Assembly: GCA_963826115.1 (NCBI GenBank)
Contig: CAWGVS010000006.1
Location: forward strand, 256,001 to 320,000
Direction of reading: 5' to 3'
DNA from: an uncultured Candidatus Rokubacteria bacterium
GTDB lineage: Bacteria > Methylomirabilota > Methylomirabilia > Rokubacteriales > DASRDR01
DNA length: 64,000 nucleotides
Part shown: positions 54,235 to 64,000 of the stretch, in pieces
How the letters are laid out: every line of letters starts with the position of its first letter
Numbering within the stretch: position 1 is the stretch's first letter
Program-made: the position numbers and the translations under genes
The notes under the pieces: model-generated
The model's database searches: none
What the model was told of the DNA's origin: nothing
The model's input: the letters and a program-made list of their open reading frames with translations, nothing else

Positions 54235-54978
54235 GTGTCTGAGCTCCGCGTCACCCGCGACGGAGGCGTCGCGCGCCTCACGCTGGATCGCTCGCCCCTC
54301 AACGTCCTCACGCCGGTCCTCATCGACGCGCTGGGCGCCACCCTCCGGGAGCTCGGCGCCGACCCGACCCTCCGCGTCCTCGTGCTGGCGGGCGCCGGCC
54401 GCGCGTTCTCGGCGGGCGTGGACGTGGCCGCGATGCGCGACCTCGACGCCGCGGGTGCCCGGGCCCTGATCGGCCGGCTCCGGGCGACGGTGCGGGCCCT
54501 CGAGGAGGTTCCGGTCCCCACCATCGCCCGGCTCCACGGTCACGTGCTCGGCGGCGCGCTCGAGCTCACGCTCGGCTGCGACCTCCGGCTCGCCGCCGCC
54601 TCGTGCCGCCTCGGCATGCCCGAGATCACGGTGGGCATCCCGTCGGTCATCCAGGCGGCGCTCCTGCCCGGGCTGGTCGGCTGGGGGCGCACGGCCGAGC
54701 TCCTGCTCGGCGGCCGGCCCATCGACGCCCGGGAAGCCGAGCGCTGGGGTCTCGTCAATCACGCGGTGGAGGACGACGCTCTCGACCGGGAGGTGGAGGG
54801 CTGGGTCGAGCGATTCCTCGCGCTGCCGCCCGACGCGCTCCGGCTCCAGAAGGCGCTGCTCGCGCGCTGGCGGCGCGTGGACCTGGACACGGCCGTCGCC
54901 CTCTCGATGGACGTCTTCGCGCGCGCGTACGCCACCGGGGAGCCCCGGCGCGCGATGCAGGCCTTTCTCGAGCGCTGA
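54235..54978 (+). CDS. Enoyl-CoA hydratase/isomerase family protein
   Basis: FSAGVD, GGALEL, GMPE. Confidence 0.88.
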   Translation: MSELRVTRDGGVARLTLDRSPLNVLTPVLIDALGATLRELGADPTLRVLVLAGAGRAFSAGVDVAAMRDLDAAGARALIGRLRATVRALEEVPVPTIARLHGHVLGGALELTLGCDLRLAAASCRLGMPEITVGIPSVIQAALLPGLVGWGRTAELLLGGRPIDAREAERWGLVNHAVEDDALDREVEGWVERFLALPPDALRLQKALLARWRRVDLDTAVALSMDVFARAYATGEPRRAMQAFLER

Positions 54979-54980
54979 GC

Positions 54981-56177
54981 GTGGATGCGCGTCCCCCGCT
55001 CGCCGTCCTGTCGGGGGTCCGCGTGCTGAGCTTCACGCAGTTCCTCCTCGGCCCGTCCGGCGTCCAGTTCATCGCGGATTTGGGCGCCGACGTGATCAAG
55101 ATCGAGCCCCCGGGCGGGACGCTCTGGGAGCGCAACTGGGCCGGCTGCGATCTCTACCTGAACGGCGTCAGCACCTTCTTCCTCTCTACGCACCGGAACC
55201 AGCGGAGCCTCACGCTGGATCTCAAGCACCCCGAGGGCTTCGCGATCGCGCGCCGCCTGGTCGAGCAGGCCGACGTGCTCGTGCAGAACTTCCGGCCGGG
55301 CGTGATGGACCGTCTCGGTCTCGGATGGGAGACGGTGCGCGCCTGGAATCCCCGGCTCGTCTACGTCTCCGCGTCCGGATACGGAGAATCGAGCCCGTAC
55401 CGGGACCGCCCCGGGCAGGACCTCCTCCTCCAGGCGCTCTCGGGGCTCGCCAGCATCTCCGGCCGCGCCGGCCAGCCGCCGACCCCCGTCGGCACCGCTG
55501 TCGTCGACCAGCACGGCGCGACCCTCCTGGCGATGGGGGTCCTGGCCGCGCTGCTCGAGCGGGGGCGCACGGGTCAGGGCGTGCACGTCGAGGTGAGCAT
55601 GCTACGGGCGGCGTTCGACCTCCAGCTCGAGATCGTCACGTACTTCCTGAACGGCGCCCGGCTCGCGAAAAGCCCGACCAGCCTGGCGAGCATGTTCCAC
55701 CCCGGCCCCTACGGCTGCTACGAGACGCGGGACGGCTGGCTCGTGCTGTCGATGTCGCCGCTCAAGGTGCTCCAGGAGGCGCTGGACCTGCCCGCGCTCG
55801 CGCCGTACGCGACGGTCCCGTACAACTTCAAGGCGCGCGAGGAGATCGCGCGCCTGCTCGAGCCCGTGATGCGGACCCGCTCGACCGGGGAGTGGATCGA
55901 CTTCCTGGTGCCGCGCGGGGTCTGGGTGGCCCCGATCCGCACCCACGAGGAGGCCTTCGCCGACCCTGCCGTCCAGGCGGCGGACGCGATCGAGGAGATC
56001 GACCACCCCGTGGCCGGCCGTGTGCGGCTGCTCCGCTTCCCCGTGGAGCTCTCGTCCGGTCGCGCGACGGTCCGCCGGCCGCCGCCCATGCCGGGCGAGC
56101 ACGCCGAGGAGATCCTGCGGGAGCTCGGCTACCCGGACGCGGAGGCGCGGCGCCTCCGGGAGCAGCGGGTCATCTGA
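54981..56177 (+). CDS. CaiB/BaiF class III CoA-transferase
   Basis: DLGADVIKIE, DVLVQNFRPG, SGYG, GQDL. Confidence 0.9.
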   Translation: MDARPPLAVLSGVRVLSFTQFLLGPSGVQFIADLGADVIKIEPPGGTLWERNWAGCDLYLNGVSTFFLSTHRNQRSLTLDLKHPEGFAIARRLVEQADVLVQNFRPGVMDRLGLGWETVRAWNPRLVYVSASGYGESSPYRDRPGQDLLLQALSGLASISGRAGQPPTPVGTAVVDQHGATLLAMGVLAALLERGRTGQGVHVEVSMLRAAFDLQLEIVTYFLNGARLAKSPTSLASMFHPGPYGCYETRDGWLVLSMSPLKVLQEALDLPALAPYATVPYNFKAREEIARLLEPVMRTRSTGEWIDFLVPRGVWVAPIRTHEEAFADPAVQAADAIEEIDHPVAGRVRLLRFPVELSSGRATVRRPPPMPGEHAEEILRELGYPDAEARRLREQRVI

Positions 56178-56190
56178 CGGACGGGCAGGG

Positions 56191-56973
56191 ATGAGCGTGC
56201 CGGGCCCGCCCGCGGCTCCGCGAACGGCGCTGATCACTGGCGCAGGGTCGGGTATCGGCCGGGCGATCGCGCTTCGCCTGGCCCGGGATGGCTGGGCGGT
56301 CGCGGTGAACGACGTCGAGCCGGGGCGCGCCGCGCAGGTGACGCGGGAAGTGGATGCGGCGGGTGGCCGCGGCGTCGCGGTGGTCGCCGACGTCGGGGAC
56401 CGCCCGGCGGTCCGGCGCATGGTGGCCGAGACGCTCGCGGCGCTCGGCGCGGTCGACCTCCTGGTGAACAACGCGGGCCTGTGCCGGCTCGGCGCGATCG
56501 CCGAGTTCCCGGAGGCCGACTGGCACGCCACCTTCCGCGTCAACGTGGACGGCGTCTTCTTCTGCTGCCAGGCGGTGCTCCCGCACATGCTCGCGCGCGG
56601 GCGGGGGAACATCGTCAACCTGGCGTCGTGGAGCGGCAAGGCGGGCGCGCCGTTCTTCGGGGCCTACTGCGCCTCGAAGTTCGCGGTGATCGGCCTCACG
56701 CAGTCCCTCGCGAAGGAGGTCGCCGGGCAGGGGATTCGCGTCAACGCGGTCTGCCCGGGCATCGTCGCCGGCACCGACATGCGGGCCCAGGTCGACGCGG
56801 AATCCCGCGCCCTCGGCCGTCCGACCTCGACCGATCGCGTGAGCTGGATCCCGCTGGGCCGGCTGGGCGAGGCGGAGGACGTCGCCGGCGTGGTCGCGTT
56901 CCTCGTCTCCGACGACGCGCGCTACATGACCGGCCAGGCCATCAACGTCACCGGCGGGCTCTGGATGCACTGA
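56191..56973 (+). CDS. SDR family oxidoreductase
   Basis: TGAGSGIG, NNAG, YCASK. Confidence 0.9.
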   Translation: MSVPGPPAAPRTALITGAGSGIGRAIALRLARDGWAVAVNDVEPGRAAQVTREVDAAGGRGVAVVADVGDRPAVRRMVAETLAALGAVDLLVNNAGLCRLGAIAEFPEADWHATFRVNVDGVFFCCQAVLPHMLARGRGNIVNLASWSGKAGAPFFGAYCASKFAVIGLTQSLAKEVAGQGIRVNAVCPGIVAGTDMRAQVDAESRALGRPTSTDRVSWIPLGRLGEAEDVAGVVAFLVSDDARYMTGQAINVTGGLWMH

Positions 56974-57070
56974 CCACGGTCGCGCCCGGATCCGGACAGC
57001 TTGCGCCGCTATCCGGACCTATTGCAGAATCGGCGCGCGCGCCAGGTTCCAGGCGCCCACGGGAGGGCGG

Positions 57071-58666
57071 ATGACCCGTCCCAGTCGCCGTCAGGTTCTC
57101 CGAGGCGCGGCCGCGACGGCCGCCGCCGCGACGCTCGGCGCGCCGGCCGTCCACGCCCAGAAGGGCCGTCGGACGTTGCGGTTCGTGGCGCAGGCGGACC
57201 TGAAGATCCTGGATCCCATCTGGACGACCGCCTACATCACGCGCAACCACGGATACCTCGTATACGACACCCTCTTCGGCACCGACGAGCAACTCCAGAT
57301 CAGGCCGCAGATGGTCGATCGCGTCAGCGTGTCACCGGACGGGATGAAGTACACGTTCACGCTCCGTGGGGGTCTCCGGTGGCACGATGGGCAGCCCGTG
57401 CGGTCGGAAGACTGCGTGGAGTCCGTCAAGCGCTGGGGCAAGAGGGATCGCTTCGGCCGGCTCCTCATGGCGCACACGGGGAAGATCCTCCCCGTCGATC
57501 AGAAGACGTTCAGGCTCGAGCTGGCCGAGCCTTTCGGACCGGTGCTGGAGGCGCTGGGCAAGCCGTCGAACAACGTGCCCTTCATGATGCCGGCGCGGAT
57601 TGCGGCCACCTCGGCGGACGAGCAGATCAAGGAGGTCGTGGGCTCCGGGCCGTTCAGGTTCGCGAGGGACGAATGGCAGCCGGGCAAGCAGGTCGTGTAC
57701 CTGCGGAACCCTGACTACGTCCCGCGCGACGAGGAGCCGAGCGGCTCGACGGGCGGCAAGAAGGCGTACCTGGACAAGGTCATCTGGCGATACATCCCCG
57801 ATCCCGCGACCGCGGCGGATGCTCTCGCGCGTGGCGACGTCGACTGGTATGAGCAGCCCCCCCTCGACTTCATCCCGAAGATCGAGCAGAACCCCGCCCT
57901 GCGGACGTTCCTGGTCGATCCCCTCGGGATGCAGGGCTGGCTGCGGCCGAACTTCCTCCACCCGCCGTTCAACAACAAGAAGGCGCGCCAGGCACTGCTC
58001 CACATGATGGATCAGGTGACGTATCTGGCCTGGGCTCACGGACAGTCGAAGTACTACCGGTCCTGCTATTCGGTCTTCGCCTGCGGCAGCCCCTACGTGA
58101 CGCAGGCTGGCGCTGGGCCGATGATGACGCACGACCTCGACCGGGCGAGGCAGCTCGTGAAGGAGTCGGGTTACGACGGCCGGCCGGTCGTGGTGATCCA
58201 CGTCACCGACGTCTCGTTCATCAACGCGGCGACGATCGTCACGCGCCAGCGGCTCGAGTCCATCGGTTTCAACGTGGTCCTCAGACGGATGGACTGGTCA
58301 TCGCACCTCGCCGTGCGCGCCAACAAGGAGCCGCCCGATAAGGGCGGCTGGAACATCGTGCATACCTGGTGGGCGGCGGCCGACGTGTTCAGCCCCGTTG
58401 TCCACTTCGGCCTCTCGGGGGCGGGTCCGGGCGCGTGGTTCGGGTGGCCCGACGTTCCCCCGCTCGAAAAGCTCCTGACCGACTGGATGCGCACGACCGA
58501 TCAGGGACGCCGCCGGCAGCTCGCCGAGGAAATCCAGAAGGTCGCGCTCGACGAGGTGATGTACGTGCCGTGGGGCGAGTGGTTCCAGCCGACGGCCTTC
58601 CGCAAGGAGGTCCAGGGCCTCCTCAGGTTCACCGCGCCGGTCTTCTGGAACGTGAGAATCGCCTAG
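57071..58666 (+). CDS. ABC substrate-binding protein, family 5 (Tat signal)
   Basis: SRRQVL Tat signal; LDPIWTTA, YDTL, GSGPF. Confidence 0.9.
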   Translation: MTRPSRRQVLRGAAATAAAATLGAPAVHAQKGRRTLRFVAQADLKILDPIWTTAYITRNHGYLVYDTLFGTDEQLQIRPQMVDRVSVSPDGMKYTFTLRGGLRWHDGQPVRSEDCVESVKRWGKRDRFGRLLMAHTGKILPVDQKTFRLELAEPFGPVLEALGKPSNNVPFMMPARIAATSADEQIKEVVGSGPFRFARDEWQPGKQVVYLRNPDYVPRDEEPSGSTGGKKAYLDKVIWRYIPDPATAADALARGDVDWYEQPPLDFIPKIEQNPALRTFLVDPLGMQGWLRPNFLHPPFNNKKARQALLHMMDQVTYLAWAHGQSKYYRSCYSVFACGSPYVTQAGAGPMMTHDLDRARQLVKESGYDGRPVVVIHVTDVSFINAATIVTRQRLESIGFNVVLRRMDWSSHLAVRANKEPPDKGGWNIVHTWWAAADVFSPVVHFGLSGAGPGAWFGWPDVPPLEKLLTDWMRTTDQGRRRQLAEEIQKVALDEVMYVPWGEWFQPTAFRKEVQGLLRFTAPVFWNVRIA

Positions 58667-58704
58667 GACGAGCCTGAGCGTCTTTCGTCGCCCGGGTACC
58701 CCCG

Positions 58705-58734
58705 TTGACAAGGCGCGAAAGCGTCCCCTAGAGT
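58705..58734 (+). promoter_or_regulatory. sigma70-type promoter of the sugar ABC operon
   Basis: TTGACA-N18-TAGAGT. Confidence 0.5.
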
Positions 58735-58837
58735 CCGCTCAGATCACTCCGAGCACCGACGGGCCTCTCCCCTTGACGCGTCCGTCGTCGAGGCCCGTCG
58801 TGACGATGTCCACCAAAGACCGAGAGGAGGGTGCCGC

Positions 58838-60157
58838 ATGACGAGGCTCCGAGCGAATGCGTTCCGGGCGCTCGCGGCGCTGGCCGCGGGGGCGTGGCTC
58901 CTGGTCCTGGCGGGACCGGCCGCCGCCGCCGGCAAGCTCTCGATCGCCTACATGCCCCATCCGATCCACGAGCAGCAGCTCAAGTGGATGAAGAAGTGGG
59001 GCGAGATGAAGGGCGTCGAGATCAAGCCCACCCCGGTCTCGTACGAGGTGTACGTCGAGAAGCTGACCGCCAGCTTCCTGGCGAAGTCCCAGGAGTACGA
59101 CATCCTCTGGCACAACGACGACTGGGGCCAGCTCTGGGGCGCCTTCCTGGAGCCCGTCGAGGACATGAAGGTCCTGACCCTGATGGATCGGAAGCTCCTC
59201 GTGGACAAAGCGATGCTCTGGAAGCAGCCCGACGGCAAGCGCGCCGCGACGGCCGTCCCGTTCAGCGAGACCAACGGGGTCTTCTTCTACCGGAAGGATC
59301 TCATCAACGAGGCGGAGTACCCGAAGACGTGGGCGGACCTCGTCCGCGTGTCGCAGAAGCTCCAGAAGGAAGGCAAGGTGAAGTGGGGCTTCGTGGGTGG
59401 GTTGAAGTACCCGCACACGTGGTTCACGCTCCTCTGGTCCCTGTGGACGAACGACTGCGACATCTTCTCGCCGTACAACGAGCGCGACAACGAGGTCCTC
59501 GCGAAGAACGACTGGAAGAGCATGCTCACCGAGAAGTGCGCCCGCGAGGCCATCGAGTTCTGGTGGGACAACATCAACGTGCACAAGATCTCGCCGCCGG
59601 CGCTCGTCAGCTACACGCGGACCGAGTCGGACGCGATCTTCATGGCCGGCGATTCGTTCATGACGATGAACGACACTCCGCTGTACGGCAAGTACAACGA
59701 CCCCGCCGCGTCCAAGGTCGCCGGGAAGGTGGCGATGGGCACGTTCCCCATGGGGCCCAGCTCGACCAAGAAGGGCGTCGCCTGGCGCGCCGCCTGGTTC
59801 TGGGCGATCCCCAAGGCGATCGCGCCGGAGCAGAAGAAGCTCGCGAAGGAGCTGCTCGAGTGGATGGGAGAGAGCGAGGAGGTCCAGCGGGACATCTTCA
59901 AGGCGACCGCGGGGATCCCCCCGATCTCCAGGATCCAGGAGGCGCTCGCCAAGGAAGAGCCGCTGTTCCAGCAGATCAAGGCGAAGCTCCTCGACGCGCC
60001 GTTCCACGTCGTCCCGGCGTACTACTTCAAGCAGTGGCCCGAGGTGCATGCGACCTTCTCGGACATCGCGTCGAAGGCGCTCATCGGGAAGCGCGAGGAC
60101 ATCGGAAAGGTCCTCTCCGAGGGCGCCCAGAAGCTCTCGGAGATCATGCGGAAGTAG
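58838..60157 (+). CDS. Carbohydrate ABC substrate-binding protein
   Basis: Signal peptide; FFYRKDL, PKTW; precedes two permeases. Confidence 0.88.
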   Translation: MTRLRANAFRALAALAAGAWLLVLAGPAAAAGKLSIAYMPHPIHEQQLKWMKKWGEMKGVEIKPTPVSYEVYVEKLTASFLAKSQEYDILWHNDDWGQLWGAFLEPVEDMKVLTLMDRKLLVDKAMLWKQPDGKRAATAVPFSETNGVFFYRKDLINEAEYPKTWADLVRVSQKLQKEGKVKWGFVGGLKYPHTWFTLLWSLWTNDCDIFSPYNERDNEVLAKNDWKSMLTEKCAREAIEFWWDNINVHKISPPALVSYTRTESDAIFMAGDSFMTMNDTPLYGKYNDPAASKVAGKVAMGTFPMGPSSTKKGVAWRAAWFWAIPKAIAPEQKKLAKELLEWMGESEEVQRDIFKATAGIPPISRIQEALAKEEPLFQQIKAKLLDAPFHVVPAYYFKQWPEVHATFSDIASKALIGKREDIGKVLSEGAQKLSEIMRK

Positions 60158-60194
60158 GTGGGCGTGGGCCCAGCGCTCCGGCCCTGACGGACGC

Positions 60195-61139
60195 GTGACC
60201 GAGGTCCACGACGGCACCCTGAAGCGCGGCGGCCCGCCGACCGGCGGGGCCGCCGCGTCCTTGTTCCGGCAGCGCCGCTACTTCGCGCTGACGCTCATCG
60301 CGCCGGCCGCGCTCATCCTGCTCCTGTTCCAGGTCCTGCCCATCCTGATGGGCGTGGACGCGAGTCTCCGGCGGTTCTCGCTGACCGACGAGGAGCACCC
60401 CTTCATCGGGCTGCGCAATTTCCAGCGCATCCTCTCCGACTCCCAGTTCCTGTGGGTCGCGCTCCCGAACACCTTCTTCTTCATGCTCGCCTCGGTCGCC
60501 GGCGGCGTGGTGCTCGGCCTGACGATCGCCATGCTGCTGAAGCAGCCCTTTCCGGGCCGTCTCCTGGTGCGCACGCTCATCGTCTTCCCGCTCATGGTGG
60601 CGCCCGTGGTCGCGTCGATCATGATCGCGTGGATCTTCAACGACCAGTTCGGCGTCGCGAACGCGATCGTCACGACGCTCGGCTTTCCCCCGGTCGCGTG
60701 GCTCGTCAAGCCGTGGCTCAGCCTCTGCATCGTCGTCCTCACGGACGTGTGGCTCCAGACTCCGTTCTACGTGATCATCATCCTGGCCGCGCTCGAGACG
60801 CTGCCGCGGGAGCCGTTCGAGGCGGCCCGCGTCGACGGCGCCAACGCCTGGCAGATCTTCCGGAACGTGACCCTGCCGCTCCTCCGGCCCGTGCTGCTCG
60901 TGGCGATCGTGATCCGCTCGATCGACGCCTTCCGCGTGTTCGACACGGTGTGGACCATCACGAAGGGCGAGCCGGGCCGGGCGACCGAGGTGTTCAGCAT
61001 CTACGCGTACAAGGAAGCGTTCGTCTTCCTGAACCTGGACCGGGGGGCGGCCGCCTCCCTGATCGGCGCGGTGATCATCATGGCCGTGGGGCTCGTGCTC
61101 TACTGGGGCCTCCGCCGGGTCACGGAGGTGTCACGGTGA
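60195..61139 (+). CDS. Carbohydrate ABC permease (MalF/UgpA-like)
   Basis: EAARVDGA (EAA loop), FIGLRNF. Confidence 0.9.
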   Translation: MTEVHDGTLKRGGPPTGGAAASLFRQRRYFALTLIAPAALILLLFQVLPILMGVDASLRRFSLTDEEHPFIGLRNFQRILSDSQFLWVALPNTFFFMLASVAGGVVLGLTIAMLLKQPFPGRLLVRTLIVFPLMVAPVVASIMIAWIFNDQFGVANAIVTTLGFPPVAWLVKPWLSLCIVVLTDVWLQTPFYVIIILAALETLPREPFEAARVDGANAWQIFRNVTLPLLRPVLLVAIVIRSIDAFRVFDTVWTITKGEPGRATEVFSIYAYKEAFVFLNLDRGAAASLIGAVIIMAVGLVLYWGLRRVTEVSR

Positions 61140-61966
61140 CCGCCCGGCCGGGCGCGGGCGGGGTCCTGAGGAAGGGCTGGCGAACGGCCTTCGTGGGCCT
61201 CGCCCTGGTCGGCGTGCTGGGCCTGTTCCTGTTCCCGGTCTTCTGGCTGACGCTCACGGCCCTCCGGCCGGAATCCGAGGTGTTCTACGTCCATCGGGGG
61301 ACCCACCTCACGCTGGCCAACTTCGCCAAGGCCTGGCGGGCGCCGAAAATCCAGGAGTCATTTCTCAACAGCGCCATTCTCGCCGTGCTGGCGACGTTCT
61401 TCTCGCTCCAGGTGACCGTGATGAGCGGCTACATGCTGTCCCGCTTCAAGGGCGCGACGAACAAGATCTGGTTCACGGCCATCTATCTCTTCCGGACGGT
61501 GCCGTACATCACCTGGGTGATGCCGCTCTATCTGCTCACCCAGTCCCTCGGCCTCTACGACACGTACCTCGGGCTCCTCCTGCCCCACGTCGCCGTGCAC
61601 GTCTGCTTCTTCAGCTGGGTGATGAAGGGCTTCTTCGACGGCGTGGAACCGGAGCTCGAGCAGGCGGCCTATCTCGACGGATGCTCCCACTGGGGGGCGT
61701 TCCTGCGCATCATCCTGCCGCAGGCCCGCCCGGGTATCATGGCCCTCGGGATCCTGTGCTGGCTGTTCACGTGGAACGAGTTCCTGTTCGCGCTGATCCT
61801 GACGGGGAGCCGCACGCCCTTGCTCACGGTGACCATGGCGCAGTTCGTCCACGAGCTCGGAGTGGAATGGCACCTCATGAGCGCCACGGCGGTGATGGCG
61901 ATGGTCCCCGCGCTGGTGGTGACCCTCTTCGCCCAGCGCTACGTGGTGTCGGGGCTCCGGCTGTGA
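61136..61966 (+). CDS. Carbohydrate ABC permease (MalG/UgpE-like)
   Basis: ELEQAAYLDG, WNEFL, QRYVVSGL. Confidence 0.9.
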   Translation: MTARPGAGGVLRKGWRTAFVGLALVGVLGLFLFPVFWLTLTALRPESEVFYVHRGTHLTLANFAKAWRAPKIQESFLNSAILAVLATFFSLQVTVMSGYMLSRFKGATNKIWFTAIYLFRTVPYITWVMPLYLLTQSLGLYDTYLGLLLPHVAVHVCFFSWVMKGFFDGVEPELEQAAYLDGCSHWGAFLRIILPQARPGIMALGILCWLFTWNEFLFALILTGSRTPLLTVTMAQFVHELGVEWHLMSATAVMAMVPALVVTLFAQRYVVSGLRL

Positions 61967-61985
61967 CCGCCCGTCGGGGGCCGGC

Positions 61986-62750
61986 ATGACGCTCGCGGGC
62001 CGGACGGCGCTGGTCACCGGCGCGTCGCGCGGCCTCGGGCGCGCGATCGCCCTCCGGCTCGCCGCGGCGGGCGCCGCCGTCGCGGTGAACTACCGGGCGC
62101 AGGCGGCGGCCGCCGACCTGGTGGTGCGGGAGATCGCGGCCGCGGGCGGCCGGGCGCTCGCGGTGCGCGCGGACGTCGCCGACGCCGCCCAGGTGCGCGA
62201 GATGGCCGCCCGCGTGACGGCGTCCCTCGGTCCCGTGGACATCCTGGTGAACAACGCCGGCGTGTCCCACCGGGGCGACCTCGGCGACGCCGACGACGCG
62301 CAGATCGAGGAGATGCGCCGCATCAACGTGGACGGCGTGGTGGCGGTGACCCGGTCGGTCGTGGACGGCATGAAGGCCCGAGGCTTCGGCCGGATCGTGA
62401 ACGTGGCGTCGATCGCCGCGCTCGGGACCGCCATGGCGGGGACGACCTTCTACGCCGCCACCAAGGCCGCGGTGGTGGTGCTGACGCGGCGCTTCGCGCT
62501 GGAGCTCGGCTCCCACGGCATCACGGTCAACGCGATCGCCCCCGGATTCGTCCTCACGGACATGGCGGCGGCCGGCCGCACGGAGGCGGACTTCACGGCG
62601 ATCGCGGCCCGGACGATGGTGCGCCGGGTCGGTCGGCCCGAGGACATCGCCCACGCGGTGGCCTTTCTCGTGTCGCCGGAGTCCGGATTCCTCACGGCCC
62701 AGGTCCTGACGGTGGACGGGGGCCGCATCGACTACATCGGGCATCCCTGA
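61986..62750 (+). CDS. SDR family oxidoreductase (FabG-like)
   Basis: TGASRGLG, NNAG, YAATK. Confidence 0.9.
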   Translation: MTLAGRTALVTGASRGLGRAIALRLAAAGAAVAVNYRAQAAAADLVVREIAAAGGRALAVRADVADAAQVREMAARVTASLGPVDILVNNAGVSHRGDLGDADDAQIEEMRRINVDGVVAVTRSVVDGMKARGFGRIVNVASIAALGTAMAGTTFYAATKAAVVVLTRRFALELGSHGITVNAIAPGFVLTDMAAAGRTEADFTAIAARTMVRRVGRPEDIAHAVAFLVSPESGFLTAQVLTVDGGRIDYIGHP

Positions 62751-62801
62751 GCCAGGACGCCCCCAGACGCCACAGATGCCACAGATGGAGGACGCCGCAC
62801 G

Positions 62802-63245
62802 ATGACGACGCACGCGGGGGCCGACGCCGCGATGACCGCCCTGACCATCGGGAAGACGGTGACGGTCCGGAAGACGGTCGGCGAGACCGACGTGTATCTC
62901 TTCGCCGGGATCTCCGGCGACTTCAGCCCGAACCACGTGGACGAGGAGTACATGAAGGCGACGCGGTACGGCCGCCGGATCGCCCACGGGGCCCTCATGG
63001 TGGCCTACATGTCCCAGGCGTCGACCAAGATGTGCGCGAGCCTGCCGGGCACGATCGTGTCCTACGGCTACGATCGCATCCGGTTCCCGGGGGCCGTGTT
63101 CATCGGCGACACGGTGACCGTGACCTACGAGATCGCCGAGCGCGACGAGGCCGCCCGGAAGTCGTTCGCCAAGGTGACCGTGACCAACCAGCGCGGCGAG
63201 GTCGTTGCGGTCGCCACGCACATTCTCAAGGTCGTCGAGGCGTAG
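62802..63245 (+). CDS. MaoC family dehydratase
   Basis: FAGISGDFSPNHVD, RIAHG, VFIGDT. Confidence 0.88.
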   Translation: MTTHAGADAAMTALTIGKTVTVRKTVGETDVYLFAGISGDFSPNHVDEEYMKATRYGRRIAHGALMVAYMSQASTKMCASLPGTIVSYGYDRIRFPGAVFIGDTVTVTYEIAERDEAARKSFAKVTVTNQRGEVVAVATHILKVVEA

Positions 63246-63321
63246 GCCGGCCGCGCGCCGCAATGGAGAGCGGGCTCACCGACGAGCTGGCCCGGGACGC
63301 GCGCGCCGGCGCGGGACCTCG

Positions 63322-64000
63322 GTGATCGAGCTCGTGACGCTCGACTTCTGGCAGACGCTCTTCGCGGACACGCACGAGAGCCTCCGCCGGGCTCACGACC
63401 TCCGGCTGGTGGGGCTCCGTGAGACGCTTGGCGCGGCGGGCCACCCGTACGCGGCGACCGACCTGACCGCCGCCGACGCCCGGGCCGGTGAGGCGTTCTC
63501 CGCGGTGTGGCGCGAGCATCGCGACTTCGAGCCGGGGGAGCAGCTCCGCCTGTTCCTGGCGATCCTCGACCCGGCGCTGCCCGGGCGGCTCGACTTCCCG
63601 GCGCTCGACCGGGTCGCTCGCGCATACCAGGAGCCGGCGCTGACGCACCGGCCGGAGATCACGCCCGCGGCCGCCGAGGCCGTGCGCGACCTCCGGGCCC
63701 GCGGGATCGCGCTCGCCGTGATCTCGAACACCGGCCGCACCCCCGGACGGGTGCTGCGCCACCTCCTCCGGGACGCGGGCCTCCTCGAGTGCTTCGACGT
63801 CCTCGCCTTCTCCGACGAGCAGGGCGTCCGGAAGCCGGCCGCCCCGATCTTCCGCCGGGTGCTGGAGCAGGCGGGGATCGCGCCGGCGCGGGCGGCGCAC
63901 GTCGGCGACGACGCGTCGACCGACGTGGCGGGCGCCCGGGGCGTCGGGATGCGGGCCATCCACTACGTTCCCGATGCGTCGCTCCCCGGGGCGCCCGCCG
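63322..64000 (+). CDS. HAD family hydrolase (runs off the window end)
   Basis: VTLDFWQTL, ISNTG, GVRKP, HVGDD...DVAGA. Confidence 0.85.
   Translation, partial: MIELVTLDFWQTLFADTHESLRRAHDLRLVGLRETLGAAGHPYAATDLTAADARAGEAFSAVWREHRDFEPGEQLRLFLAILDPALPGRLDFPALDRVARAYQEPALTHRPEITPAAAEAVRDLRARGIALAVISNTGRTPGRVLRHLLRDAGLLECFDVLAFSDEQGVRKPAAPIFRRVLEQAGIAPARAAHVGDDASTDVAGARGVGMRAIHYVPDASLPGAPA

Noticed and set aside
58838-61966. Sugar ABC operon lacking an ATPase
   Set aside because: Common for carbohydrate ABC systems, which often share an unlinked ATPase.
62769-62786. GCCACAGAT tandem duplication before the MaoC gene
   Set aside because: Two 9-nt copies are consistent with simple slippage, and there is no further structure.
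1-64000. tRNA, rRNA, IS elements, integrases, prophage genes
   Set aside because: No cloverleaf or T-loop signatures were seen in the intergenic gaps, and no transposase, integrase or phage motifs in the ORFs. This was by eye; tRNAscan-SE and cmscan would confirm.

Overview
A very GC-rich (roughly 70-75% by eye), densely coding bacterial chromosomal segment, almost all on the + strand. The gene content and style suggest a Rokubacteria/Methylomirabilota-like soil bacterium (inference only). Bases 1-21.3 kb are mostly housekeeping: yebC-ruvCAB, SpoIID, csaA, queA-tgt-yajC-secDF, rel, rpmB, recG, rsmD, coaD, an aminotransferase and a Clp1-like kinase. Bases 21.3-36.9 kb are catabolic and include a 4-hydroxybenzoyl-CoA reductase-like hcrCAB set joined to boxC-boxB (no boxA), an XRE-cupin regulator and PaaK-like ligases. 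The rest holds ttuB/ttuA, a GAF hybrid kinase, a UvrD-nuclease fusion, CoA/SDR enzymes and ABC transporters. The most unusual element is at 13.98-15.38 kb: a sigma70-type promoter overlaid by four symmetric TTTCA/TGAAA half-sites precedes an AbiEi-like (type IV TA antitoxin family) gene. Its usual toxin partner is absent. In its place are two tandem 11-codon ORFs, both encoding MAKKKAAKKKK, each with a near-perfect Shine-Dalgarno and followed by a ~59-nt hairpin; the copies differ only at synonymous positions. A second unannotated microprotein is a probably leaderless 27-aa desulforedoxin-like Cys4 peptide at 42195-42278. I saw no tRNA, rRNA, CRISPR array, integrase or transposase. All family assignments come from motif recognition by eye, not database searches.
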